Origin: Patescibacteria group bacterium
GTDB taxonomy: Bacteria; Patescibacteriota; Minisyncoccia; Phycocordibacterales; UBA12079
Reading direction: 5' to 3'
Length of the DNA: 64,000 nucleotides
Assembly (NCBI GenBank): GCA_043800905.1
Contig: JAZDMO010000007.1
Span: 1,627-65,626, forward strand
The number at the start of each line of letters is the position of its first letter. Position 1 is the first letter of the stretch. Below the pieces are notes generated by a model, which saw only the letters and a program-made list of their open reading frames with translations, had not been told where the DNA came from and searched no databases. Positions 47,343 through 56,987 of this stretch are shown piece by piece. The translations under genes and the position numbers were made by a program.

Positions 47343-47349
47343 AAGTTTA

Positions 47350-48249
47350 TTATTTTTCTATCCATGCAAATAATTTGGTTTTGGTTTTGTATATTGTGTA
47401 TTTCGGAACAAACAATTTTATTTTACTTTCAATTATTTCAGGGTCGTCTGGGAGGTGATAGGTACAAATAGCTATTTTCGGTTTATACTTTTGAATGGTA
47501 TTTCTCGCCCCATCTAGAAATTTTCTTTCAGCTCCCTCTATATCTATTTTTATAAAGTCTATTTTAGTTATAGTTTGATTTTTTTCAATAAAAGAATCTA
47601 GAGTAATTTGTTGTACTTCTTCAATTTCTGTATTTTTCCCTTGTCTTTCGCTAGAGCTACTAACCAATTTATCTTTATTTACAAAAAAATTAATATTTGT
47701 ATTGATATCACCCAGTGCATATGGGAGATATTGAATATTAGTTATATTATTTGTTTTTATATTTTTGTTTAAAAAAATACCCGTTTCTTTTATTGGTTCA
47801 AAGGAAAAAATTTTTCCACCACCTCCTATTTGTTGTGACGCAAATATAGAAAAAAGTCCTATATTTGATCCTGCATCAATGACAACATCATCTTTTTCTA
47901 AAAATACTCCGTTTTCTTCATAGGGGCCTTCAAAATCTAAAAGTAAATTATTATTTAATATGTTCTTTTTTATAAATTCATTTTTAGACAGTAATATTGA
48001 AACAATATCACCCACAGGAAGGTGATTATTGTAAAAAAAAGTATAACCCATACAGACAAAGTTTTTTTCGTTCTGATTATAATCAATGAGATTTCTTTTT
48101 TTTAAAATATTAGGAATCCAATTTCTTTTTTTTAATCTTTTAAAAACAAGATTAGGAGATATTGAGTAAATAATAATAAAAATATTTTTCCCCCAGGATT
48201 CTTTAATAAGAAAATTTATTCTTGGAATTATCTTTTTTAATAAATTCAT
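47350..48249 (-). CDS. FkbM-family methyltransferase
   Basis: VIDAGSNIGLFSIFASQQIGGGGKIFSFEP and IKIDIEGAERKFL. Confidence 0.6.
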   Translation of the reverse strand: MNLLKKIIPRINFLIKESWGKNIFIIIYSISPNLVFKRLKKRNWIPNILKKRNLIDYNQNEKNFVCMGYTFFYNNHLPVGDIVSILLSKNEFIKKNILNNNLLLDFEGPYEENGVFLEKDDVVIDAGSNIGLFSIFASQQIGGGGKIFSFEPIKETGIFLNKNIKTNNITNIQYLPYALGDINTNINFFVNKDKLVSSSSERQGKNTEIEEVQQITLDSFIEKNQTITKIDFIKIDIEGAERKFLDGARNTIQKYKPKIAICTYHLPDDPEIIESKIKLFVPKYTIYKTKTKLFAWIEK

Positions 48250-48328
48250 AAAATTATTATATCATAAAGTTGGGTTCGTTGAGAAAACCTTTATTTTAAG
48301 TGCATATTTGTTTATACTTTAGTTAAAT

Positions 48329-49249
48329 ATGTCTTTAAATCCTAAAATTAGTGTTATTATTCCAACTCACAATAGACCTGAATTATTGGAAAGGGCTATT
48401 CAAAGTGTTTTATGTCAAACATTTCAAGACTTTGAAATTATTGTTATTGATGATGGTTTAGAGAAACGAGCGGATAAAATTATTAGCCAAATTTCAGATG
48501 AAAGAATCCAATATATTCAGAATATTAAAAATTTAGGGGCTTCTGCTTCAAGAAATGTTGGTATTAACAAAGCGAAGGGTAAATACATTACTTTTTTAGA
48601 TGATGATGACGAATTCTATCCAGAGAAAATAGAAAAACAGTATCAAATTATTGAAGCTAGTTTTGAAAAAATAGATTTTGTGTATTGTATTGTTGATGTT
48701 TATTCTCAACAGAGTGGTGATTTTATTTACACACAAAAACATGATTTCAAAGAAGGTGTGCAATCTTTTTTTGAAGAAGCTCTTTCTTTGAAAATGGCAG
48801 TAGCTACCCCTTCAATTTTTTGTAAAAAGAAGAAGGTTTTGGAAATAGGGGGTTTTGATGAAAATTTTCCTAATGCAGAAGATAAAGATTTTTTTATAAG
48901 ATTGTCAAAAAATAGTCAGGGATTTTTTATAAATCAGTCTTTGGTCAAGGTTAATTTTTTTGATGAAAAAGAAAATCGTTTAAGTGGAAATTTAAAATCT
49001 AGAATTATAGGTCGTGAAATGTTAATAAAAAAATATAATACTGATTTATTTAAAAGACCAAAGATTTTAGGTAAACATCTTTTTCTATTAGCTTTTCTTT
49101 ATCAAGAAGATGGTAATTTAAAGAAAACTCAGGAATTGTTTTTTCAGGCGTGGAAATTAGATAAAACAAACTTTATTTTTTTGAAACAGATTTTAAAGAA
49201 TTTATATCTAAGATTTTTTCAAAAGACATTTAATAAAAAATCTAGATAG
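48329..49249 (+). CDS. glycosyltransferase family 2
   Basis: ISVIIPTHNRPELLERAIQSVLCQTFQDFEIIVIDDG...DDDD. Confidence 0.75.
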   Translation: MSLNPKISVIIPTHNRPELLERAIQSVLCQTFQDFEIIVIDDGLEKRADKIISQISDERIQYIQNIKNLGASASRNVGINKAKGKYITFLDDDDEFYPEKIEKQYQIIEASFEKIDFVYCIVDVYSQQSGDFIYTQKHDFKEGVQSFFEEALSLKMAVATPSIFCKKKKVLEIGGFDENFPNAEDKDFFIRLSKNSQGFFINQSLVKVNFFDEKENRLSGNLKSRIIGREMLIKKYNTDLFKRPKILGKHLFLLAFLYQEDGNLKKTQELFFQAWKLDKTNFIFLKQILKNLYLRFFQKTFNKKSR

Positions 49250-50254
49250 AGTTTTCCAGTTTCGCCATTCTTTTAAATCTAATTTTCTTCGTAAAGATGA
49301 CTTCCAAAATTTTTTCCAAATTACCCAGTTTTGATTTGAATTTATACTGCATATTTGTAGCCAGCGTTGAGAAATCATTTCTGAAAATATAGGTTCTTTA
49401 TAAAAATTTGTTATTTTATTTTGAGCTATTAATTTAGATAACCAAAGTTCTTCTTTTTTGAGAAAATCATGGGTTTTATAATTTTCTGGCTTGTATACCT
49501 CTCCATGAATTAAGAGATTTTCTTCTGTTGGTGTAATGTCGAGATTATCTTTCAGTAGGGTGGTTCTTAATTGTGCAATTGCCATTTTTTGTTTTGCAGA
49601 TTGAATTTTACCTGTGTTAGAATCATGAATTCTATATTGAATTAAAGCTTTTTTGATGTTTGTTATAGGAAAATATTTAACAGCATTGCTCCATAAACCA
49701 TAATCTTCTGCATGTTCGTAATTAATGTTATATCTTAAATTATATTTTTCTAGAATATTTTTTCGGGTTATTATTGATGGATGAATTATTATGCATCTAA
49801 ATAACAGAGCAATTTTGATTTTTTCTGGATGAGAAATGGGTTTTGAATATTTATTTATTTTTTTATTTCCTATAATTATTTTTGCCCAAGATCCAGCAAT
49901 ACCAATGTGTGGGTTTTTCTTCATGAATTTTATTTGAATTTCTAGTCTTTTAGGGAAACTAATATCATCTGCATCCATTCTTGCGATGTATTCCCCCCTT
50001 GCTTGATCAAGTCCTTTGTTTAACGATTTAATGACCCCTAAATTAACCTCGTTACTGATGAGTTTAATTCTAGAGTCATTATAGGATTTGATTATTTTTT
50101 CGCTGTTATCGGTTGAGCCATCATTGATAATTAAAAATTCAAAATCAGTGAAGGTTTGGTTAAGAATACTTTCAATTGATTTTTTTAGATATTTTTCACT
50201 ATTATAAACAGGCATTAAGACTGTTATTTTGGGGTTTTTGATATTATTATCCAT
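49208..50254 (-). CDS. glycosyltransferase family 2
   Basis: ITVLMPVYNSEKYLKKSIESILNQTFTDFEFLIINDGSTDNS...ARMDADD. Confidence 0.75.
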   Translation of the reverse strand: MDNNIKNPKITVLMPVYNSEKYLKKSIESILNQTFTDFEFLIINDGSTDNSEKIIKSYNDSRIKLISNEVNLGVIKSLNKGLDQARGEYIARMDADDISFPKRLEIQIKFMKKNPHIGIAGSWAKIIIGNKKINKYSKPISHPEKIKIALLFRCIIIHPSIITRKNILEKYNLRYNINYEHAEDYGLWSNAVKYFPITNIKKALIQYRIHDSNTGKIQSAKQKMAIAQLRTTLLKDNLDITPTEENLLIHGEVYKPENYKTHDFLKKEELWLSKLIAQNKITNFYKEPIFSEMISQRWLQICSINSNQNWVIWKKFWKSSLRRKLDLKEWRNWKTLSRFFIKCLLKKS

Positions 50255-50450
50255 GTTGTTTTAATTTATAGTAATTATTAAAGCATTTTTTAACAATGAC
50301 AGCAATTTTGTTTGAATTCAGGAATTAATTTGTGGGATGAGTCTTAATATTTTTGAGTAAAATATATTGCTATTTTGGGATAAAGGGTGTAGTTTGATAG
50401 GTAGACTGTTCTTTAATTTCAAAATAAAAAAACTAAAAGAGGAGGCAAAA

Positions 50451-51752
50451 ATGAGGAAAAGAATATTACTTATAGATCCGCCCTTTCAAAGATTTATGGG
50501 ATTTTCCAAAACAGGAATTCCTCTCGGGCTGTTGTCTTTGGCAGGAGTTTTGAAAAAAAGAGGTCATTGGGTTGAAGTTCTGGATTCGGATTATAATCCA
50601 AATGGAACCCCTTACCCTTTTATGGATAAAATAGGCCACTATGATGAATACCTTGATAATTTAAATAATGGAAACCATTTAATTTGGGAGGACATTTCTT
50701 CCCAGATTGAGAAATCAAAACCAGATGTGGTTGGTATTTCTTTTATTTCTACCAAATTAAGGAGCGGATTAAGGGTCGCGCAAATTGCAAAAAAGATGGG
50801 TGTAAAAAGAATTGTGGGAGGGGGTCCTCATGTAATAATTCGTCCAGATGATGTTGCTGGCAAAGGTAGTGCTGTTGATTATTTAATTATTGGAGAGGCT
50901 GAAGAACAATTGGATGTTTTTGAAGGAAGCCCTTCTAATAGCGTTATAAAAGCAAGCAGAATAAAAAATTTAGATTCATTGCCTTGGATGGCCAGGGAAA
51001 GTCTTGTGGGGATTCACCATTATCGACCTTCTGATCTTGGTTTTATGATAACCTCAAGAGGGTGTTCTGGGTCTTGCAATTTTTGCTGTTCTGAGAAATT
51101 GTGGGGCAAAAAAGTCAGATTCAGGAGTATTCAAGATGTCATTGCAGAAATGGTTTATGTTAACAAAAAATATGGTACCAAAAAGTTTTATATGACAGAT
51201 GATACTTTTACAATGAATAGAAAAAGAGTTTTTGAATTTACTGACGGGCTTCTTGGAAAAAAATATGAATGGGGTTGTTTGACTCGAGTAGATAGAATAA
51301 ATAGTAAAATGCTTGAACAAATGGTTTTGTCTGGTTGTAATATGATTAAAGTCGGTGTTGAGAGTGGAAGTCAGAGGGTATTAAATTTAATGAACAAGGG
51401 AACAACCCTCAGTCAGGCAAGAGCTGTTGCAAAGTTGCTTAATGATTTTTCTGTAACTTGGCTAGCTTATATAATGGTTGGAGTTCCTGGGGAAACCTCT
51501 GAAGATGTTGATGCCACTATGAAGTTTGTCGATGAAATCAAACCCACTTATGTTAGTGCTTCAATTTATACTCCGTATGTTGGAACTGGTTTTTACAAAA
51601 ACGGTTACGACCATTTATTAAAAGGGAAAATTATGGGCGATTATGCTATCGAAGAAGCAAATCACCACAGTTTAAAAGTTATAGCGGGAGATGTTCCTCG
51701 TGAAAAGATTGTTGAATTCATGAGATTTGCGGATAGTTATAATTCACCCTAG
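50451..51752 (+). CDS. B12-binding-domain radical SAM enzyme (class B radical SAM methylase-like)
   Basis: The N-terminal RILLIDPP...GIPLGLLSLAGVLKKRGHWVEVLD is a B12-binding Rossmann. It is followed by a CSGSCNFCC (Cx3Cx2C) radical SAM cluster motif. The start is placed at the ATG after the aggagg SD (frame of the tracked ORF). Confidence 0.7.
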   Translation: MRKRILLIDPPFQRFMGFSKTGIPLGLLSLAGVLKKRGHWVEVLDSDYNPNGTPYPFMDKIGHYDEYLDNLNNGNHLIWEDISSQIEKSKPDVVGISFISTKLRSGLRVAQIAKKMGVKRIVGGGPHVIIRPDDVAGKGSAVDYLIIGEAEEQLDVFEGSPSNSVIKASRIKNLDSLPWMARESLVGIHHYRPSDLGFMITSRGCSGSCNFCCSEKLWGKKVRFRSIQDVIAEMVYVNKKYGTKKFYMTDDTFTMNRKRVFEFTDGLLGKKYEWGCLTRVDRINSKMLEQMVLSGCNMIKVGVESGSQRVLNLMNKGTTLSQARAVAKLLNDFSVTWLAYIMVGVPGETSEDVDATMKFVDEIKPTYVSASIYTPYVGTGFYKNGYDHLLKGKIMGDYAIEEANHHSLKVIAGDVPREKIVEFMRFADSYNSP

Positions 51753-51901
51753 TGAGTATTTTTGAGAGGGGTCCTTTTATTTTTTTATTTCGAATTATTA
51801 TTGTATTAATGAGTTTTTTGAGACAAAGCGAGATTGGTTTATTCAATCTCGCTTTTCAATTTTCGTAAAATTTTAACAAAAAACTGTTTTTAAAAAATAA
51901 C

Positions 51902-52807
51902 CTAGATTTTCATCCAAGTTAAGGGTATTGGATTATATTTATTTTTTTCTAAATCAGTAAACCACTTTTCAGGGGCTATTACTATTTTGTCAGGGTTTGG
52001 GTTTAACCAAGCTCCCCACCAACTAAAAGAACTGTTAGCAATAACATTGTGTTTACACAAGCTCATCAATATTAAATCTTCATAATTTTTGTTTTCTTCA
52101 ACAAAGGTAATAGAGAATTCGGTTTTAAAATTTTCTTTTGCCCACCAGATATCATCAGAAAAAACAAAGATTTTTAGATCTTTGAATTTTTCTGAAATTT
52201 TTTGGATAGCGTTTTGATAATAATCTAAAGAACAGATTTCATAAATTTTGTTTGTTTTTTTATTATTGATATAATCGCTTCTGCGAATATGGATAGAAAT
52301 TGAATTTGTGTTTTCAATAATCCCTTTTAATTTTTGATTTTTAATTGAGAATTCATTTTTTAAAGTAAATTCTTCACGAATAATATTTTTAATATTTTTT
52401 CCGTTCGAGATAAATCCGTCTTGGGCGGAAAAATATTTTTCGTTTTGCCAATAACCATCTAGATAAATATCTTTGTTGGAATTTTCTAGTATTTTTTTAT
52501 TAAAATTATTCGGCTTTTCAGTAATATAAATTGAATTATCTGAAAAAAATAAATTATAAAAAAGATATTTCCAATTATTTATTTTTTTATATTTCTTTAA
52601 CTTTTTTATTTCGTCATTGTTCGCTATCTTTTCAACTATATTAAAAATTCCTAATTCATATTTGCGAGGAGTCGTGTTTTTTTTAATGTGATTAAACCAA
52701 GAGATATCTAATTTTAATTCGGTTTTATTTTTTTCAGCCAAAGCACGTCCAATTGCATATTGGAACATTTGATTTCCTAAACCGCCTGTTAATTTAACAA
52801 TAATCAT
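51902..52807 (-). CDS. glycosyltransferase family 11 alpha-1,2-fucosyltransferase (FutC-like)
   Basis: GGLGNQMFQYA at the N-terminus, HIRRSDY, CKHNVIANSSFSWWGAWL, KIVIAPEKWF: all four GT11 hallmarks. Confidence 0.7.
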   Translation of the reverse strand: MIIVKLTGGLGNQMFQYAIGRALAEKNKTELKLDISWFNHIKKNTTPRKYELGIFNIVEKIANNDEIKKLKKYKKINNWKYLFYNLFFSDNSIYITEKPNNFNKKILENSNKDIYLDGYWQNEKYFSAQDGFISNGKNIKNIIREEFTLKNEFSIKNQKLKGIIENTNSISIHIRRSDYINNKKTNKIYEICSLDYYQNAIQKISEKFKDLKIFVFSDDIWWAKENFKTEFSITFVEENKNYEDLILMSLCKHNVIANSSFSWWGAWLNPNPDKIVIAPEKWFTDLEKNKYNPIPLTWMKI

Positions 52808-52808
52808 A

Positions 52809-53393
52809 TTATTTATTTTTCAAACCGAGAGTCTCTGCGGCTGTTGTTTTTTGCCTGAATCCTACCACTTTTGCTGGGGCCCCGACAGCAATAGCATATT
52901 CGGGAATATCTTTGGTTACAACACTGCCAGCTCCGATAACGGCGCCTTTTTCTATGGTGACACCGTCTAGTATAGATGAATTTCCTCCTATCCAGACTTC
53001 GTCTTTTATTATGGTTCCTTTCATTTCGTTTCCGCTTGTTTTTATTGACTCTGTTGTTTTTATGTTGTGGTTAGCCCCGGGGATATTTACATTTGGGCCT
53101 ATTGAAACATTATTTCCTATCTTTACTTTTCCACAAATAAAGTTATTAACCCCTAAATCACAATTATCTCCAACAGTTAATTCAATAGGTGATATGAAAC
53201 AATTATGGTAAATCGTTATGTTTTTACCAAATTTAATTTTGTTTTTGTTCCTTATAAAAGTATTGTTGAAAAGCGTAATAGGGAGTTCTATTTTTTCAAA
53301 TTTATTTTTGTTTAAAAAATAAAAAAATAAACCATAAAGTTTTTGTTTGTTCTTAGAATATTTATATAAATAAAACAATCTTTTTCTTAACAT
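52809..53393 (-). CDS. hexapeptide-repeat (left-handed beta-helix) O-acetyltransferase
   Basis: Repeated [LIV]G..xx[IV] hexads (IGNNVSIGPNVNI, IGGNSSILDGVTIEKGAVIGAGSVV). Confidence 0.65.
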   Translation of the reverse strand: MLRKRLFYLYKYSKNKQKLYGLFFYFLNKNKFEKIELPITLFNNTFIRNKNKIKFGKNITIYHNCFISPIELTVGDNCDLGVNNFICGKVKIGNNVSIGPNVNIPGANHNIKTTESIKTSGNEMKGTIIKDEVWIGGNSSILDGVTIEKGAVIGAGSVVTKDIPEYAIAVGAPAKVVGFRQKTTAAETLGLKNK

Positions 53394-55006
53394 ATTGATA
53401 TAATATCATTTTTAACCTTGAATTTTAAGTTTTTGTTTTTATTTTTAATAAATTCTTTTAGTTTGCTTATTGTTGGATAATCATTTTCCCCCACAAAACA
53501 TCTTGCGTCATCAATGAGAATAACATGGTTTTTAATTGGATGATTAAAAATAGCAGTTAACTCTTTGAAGATTGGTGTGTTTAAATTACCTTTGGCGGTA
53601 ATATCTCCAGAATAATGACCGTCAAGCCAAAAAAGGCAAGGTTCATTTATCTCTTTTAAAATACTAGGAAGTATTTCTCCGCTATCCCCGTTTAAAATTA
53701 AAATATTGGTGTTTTGTTTAAACTTATCAACGGCTTTTCTATATAAAGAGATGTCTAATTCAATTGAATAAATCTTTTTAAACATTTTTTCCATTGCCTC
53801 CACCATTTTACCTTTATAGGTGCCCGTTTCTATGAAAGTTTTTATTCTATATTTTCTGGCATATTTTTTTATATTTTTTTGTTTGATTACGTGGGGAGGG
53901 GGGGTTGGTTTGCCTCTAGTTAACCAAATTAAAATAATTAATTGATTTTTTAGATAATTAGCAAATTTATTAAAAAGTATTTTTTTTACAAAAAGTTTAG
54001 ATATTAATTTTATTTTTAATAAAAATAGTTTTAGTTTTTTTAACATAATTTCTTTAATCGTGGGCGGATAGTTATTTTCTGGATTAATTTCTAAAATCTC
54101 ATACCGCAGAGGTTCACCACTCGATGTTTTTTTAATAATTTTTGTAATCATGGGAAAAAGATTATATTCGTCCAAAATCAATTCTTTCGATTGGATAATT
54201 TCTCCTTTCGATTTTTCATAAGTATTATTTTTTAGGGTGTCTTCAATAATTTTTATAGCTTCTCTTGGTTTTTTTATATCAATTACTGACAATGAATTTT
54301 TAGGAAAATATTCGTAAATATTTGAACACCCATAATAAAGTGGGTAACTTTCTCCTAAAAATGCATCAGAGAGTTTTTCTGACCAATAATCTCTATTAGA
54401 ACTATTTTCTAGAACAATATGATATTTATATGGGGCAATAATATCCCATTTATCAGTGAAATCTTTTATATCTTTACCCAAAATATCTATTTTATTTCCA
54501 AAATGTTTTTTTAATTTATTTATGAATTTTAATCTTTGACGGTGTCCTTTTGTGGAGTTTTTATTTGATGAAATTACTGAAATCAACCTACTTTTCTTTA
54601 TTTCTTGGGAACTTTTTAAATTGTCGTAATTTTTAGAAAAGTTTCCCCATGTGTTTATTTCTTTATTATACTCAGCACCAATCATCCATGGCAATGACTC
54701 TTGTTTGTTTAGTATATTTGGATGTTTGATGTTTCTTTGTGACGTAATAATAGTTTCAAATTGTTTTAAAAAATTAGAGTTATATTTTTTTATGTTTTTC
54801 GGTTCCGTTGTAATGAAAATTGTGTTTTTTTTAGGACAAATACAGCTCTCTTTTTGTACTAAACCGCCCAAAATAATCCAGTAATCACATTTTTCAATGT
54901 TTTTGTTTATTGAAAAATGGTAATTCTCCCAGATCCCTTTCGAATTTGGTGTCTGTCTTTCTATAGGCCATTCTGGGGAAGCTGTTGTTAATTTAATTTT
55001 TTGCAT
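53387..55006 (-). CDS. bifunctional: N-terminal GT10 alpha-1,3/4-fucosyltransferase-like domain fused to a C-terminal methyltransferase-like domain
   Basis: The N-domain has YKYHIVLENSSNRDYWSEKLSDAFLGESYPLYYGCSNIYEYFPKNSLSVIDI (GT10 FxLxFENSxxxDYxTEK..P.Y.G motif). The C-domain (approx. residues 340-539) has FIETGTYKG...LFWLDGHYSG...ILIDDARCF and is paralogous to ORF 54993-55709. Confidence 0.55.
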   Translation of the reverse strand: MQKIKLTTASPEWPIERQTPNSKGIWENYHFSINKNIEKCDYWIILGGLVQKESCICPKKNTIFITTEPKNIKKYNSNFLKQFETIITSQRNIKHPNILNKQESLPWMIGAEYNKEINTWGNFSKNYDNLKSSQEIKKSRLISVISSNKNSTKGHRQRLKFINKLKKHFGNKIDILGKDIKDFTDKWDIIAPYKYHIVLENSSNRDYWSEKLSDAFLGESYPLYYGCSNIYEYFPKNSLSVIDIKKPREAIKIIEDTLKNNTYEKSKGEIIQSKELILDEYNLFPMITKIIKKTSSGEPLRYEILEINPENNYPPTIKEIMLKKLKLFLLKIKLISKLFVKKILFNKFANYLKNQLIILIWLTRGKPTPPPHVIKQKNIKKYARKYRIKTFIETGTYKGKMVEAMEKMFKKIYSIELDISLYRKAVDKFKQNTNILILNGDSGEILPSILKEINEPCLFWLDGHYSGDITAKGNLNTPIFKELTAIFNHPIKNHVILIDDARCFVGENDYPTISKLKEFIKNKNKNLKFKVKNDIISIC

Positions 55007-55709
55007 AAATGATTTTTCTCAGTATCTTTTTAATCTTGCGATAATTAAAGCTCGCTTTTTGTCTGAACGGCTCTTTGTATGATTTTGATTTGATATATTT
55101 TATATTATCACACGGGACTATCCTTATAATATCGTTAGAAACTTTAAAATTGATATTACTATTTATTTTTTTTATAAAAGAGAATAGTTCTTTAACAGTT
55201 GGGTATTCATTTTCTCCCGTAAAACATCTTGCGTCATCGATAAGGATTATATGATTTTTAATACGATGATTTAATATAATTTCTAGTTCTTTTAAAATCG
55301 GGGTATTAAGATTACCTCTTGCTGTTATTCCTCCAGAGTAGTGGCCATCTAGCCAAAAAAGTGTGGGTTGATATAAAGTGGGAGTAACCACTTTTAAAAT
55401 ATCAGAACTATCTCCTTGAAGTATTGTTATATGGGTATTATAAATGAATTTTTCTTTTGATTTTTTATATAGATCTTTGTCTAATTCGATTGATATTAAT
55501 TTTTTGAATTTGTTTTTTAAAGCTTCCACTGTTTCTCCTAAGAAAGTACCGGTTTCAATAAAAATATCAATAGAAAATTCCTTAGCATAGTTTTCTATTG
55601 TTTGCCTTTTTATGGTATAGAGGGGAGGACTGATTGGCTTGCCAATAATAAATTTATATAGTTTATTATCAATAGTGTTTAATATCTTTTTAATTTGTTT
55701 TTTTACCAT
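54993..55709 (-). CDS. standalone paralog of the methyltransferase-like domain (TylF/MycF-like fold suspected)
   Basis: FIETGTFLGETVEAL...LFWLDGHYSGGITARGNLNTPILKELEIILNHRIKNHIILIDDARCF. Collinear with the C-domain of the upstream gene over approx. 190 aa. Confidence 0.5.
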   Translation of the reverse strand: MVKKQIKKILNTIDNKLYKFIIGKPISPPLYTIKRQTIENYAKEFSIDIFIETGTFLGETVEALKNKFKKLISIELDKDLYKKSKEKFIYNTHITILQGDSSDILKVVTPTLYQPTLFWLDGHYSGGITARGNLNTPILKELEIILNHRIKNHIILIDDARCFTGENEYPTVKELFSFIKKINSNINFKVSNDIIRIVPCDNIKYIKSKSYKEPFRQKASFNYRKIKKILRKIIYAKN

Positions 55710-56975
55710 TTAGCTATATTTATCTGTTGAATAATCTAAAACCGTAGCAATTTGTCCTTCACTTGACCCTTTAAATATTAGTGATTTTGGGTTGTTTACA
55801 TCAGTTATTTCAAAATAAATATCTTTTTTATGATCAAAAGATTCTATGCAAGGTTCGTGGATAGCAGTAGTGAAATTATAATTTCCTACATTAAACAAAA
55901 ATGACGGGATCTCAACAACGGTTGCGTATTTTCCTGGAGAATAGGTTTTTAGTTTTTTTGTTTTGTCTGATTCAGAAGATTTTAATAGTAGTGTATTTGA
56001 TGAGTAAAATAAGATAGAAAAAAGAGCATTCTCAACCTTTTTAAGAACTTTGTATTCTGTTTTAATAAAAAAGTTTTGGCTAATAGGTATATTGGTTGTT
56101 GGCTTTTTATTTTTATCTAGAATGGAAACTCTTGTGATTTGTGCTTTCTTTTTTTGATCAACTTCAAATTCAGTAACGGCTTTTTTTTCTTTTATCTTGT
56201 TTAAATAATGACTGATAACTTTTTTCGTTTCTCCGATCATTTTTATTTTTCCGTTTTCGATTAGAATACACCTTTTGCAAAGTTTTTTAACGGCTTCTAG
56301 GTTATGGCTTACGAATAGAATAGTTCTTCCTGCTTGGCTGGTGACCTCGTCCATTTTACCAAGGCATTTTTTTTGGAATTCTGCGTCGCCGACAGCAAGA
56401 ACTTCATCTACCAAAAGAATATCAGGTTCCATATGAGCTGCCACAGAAAAACCAAGACGCACTAGCATTCCAGAAGAATATCTTTTTACGGGCGTATCAA
56501 TAAATTTTCCTACTCCTGAAAATTCTACGATAGCATCAAATTTTTCAGCAATTTCTTTTTTAGTCATTCCTAAAATAGCTCCATTAAGAAAAATATTTTC
56601 TCGTCCAGTTAATTCAGAATGAAAACCGGTCCCAACTTCTAGAAGAGAGGCCACTTTTCCGTGCATTCTGATTTCTCCTGTGGTTGGTGGTGTGATTCCT
56701 GTTAAAATTTTAAGTAAAGTAGACTTACCCGCTCCATTGGCTCCGATAATTCCAACAGCTTCTCCTGCTTGAATTTCAAAATCAATGTCTTTTAATGCCC
56801 AAAATTCTTCATTAGTATTTCTCCCTGTAATTTGTTCAGCTTTCTTTTTTAGAAAAGAAAAAGGTTTTTTAGCTATATTGGTTAAAACATCGCGCATTGC
56901 AACATAACTACCTCGTTCATGAGTGATATTGTATTTTTTTGAAATGTTTTTAACAATTATTATTGGTTTATTCAT
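55710..56975 (-). CDS. wzt: ABC transporter ATP-binding protein of the glycan-export (Wzt/TagH) type with a C-terminal glycan-binding domain
   Basis: Walker A GANGAGKST, signature YSSGMLVRL, Walker B ILLVDE. An extra approx. 160-aa C-terminal beta-rich domain is typical of Wzt_C. Confidence 0.8.
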   Translation of the reverse strand: MNKPIIIVKNISKKYNITHERGSYVAMRDVLTNIAKKPFSFLKKKAEQITGRNTNEEFWALKDIDFEIQAGEAVGIIGANGAGKSTLLKILTGITPPTTGEIRMHGKVASLLEVGTGFHSELTGRENIFLNGAILGMTKKEIAEKFDAIVEFSGVGKFIDTPVKRYSSGMLVRLGFSVAAHMEPDILLVDEVLAVGDAEFQKKCLGKMDEVTSQAGRTILFVSHNLEAVKKLCKRCILIENGKIKMIGETKKVISHYLNKIKEKKAVTEFEVDQKKKAQITRVSILDKNKKPTTNIPISQNFFIKTEYKVLKKVENALFSILFYSSNTLLLKSSESDKTKKLKTYSPGKYATVVEIPSFLFNVGNYNFTTAIHEPCIESFDHKKDIYFEITDVNNPKSLIFKGSSEGQIATVLDYSTDKYS

Positions 56976-56987
56976 AATATTTTATAT

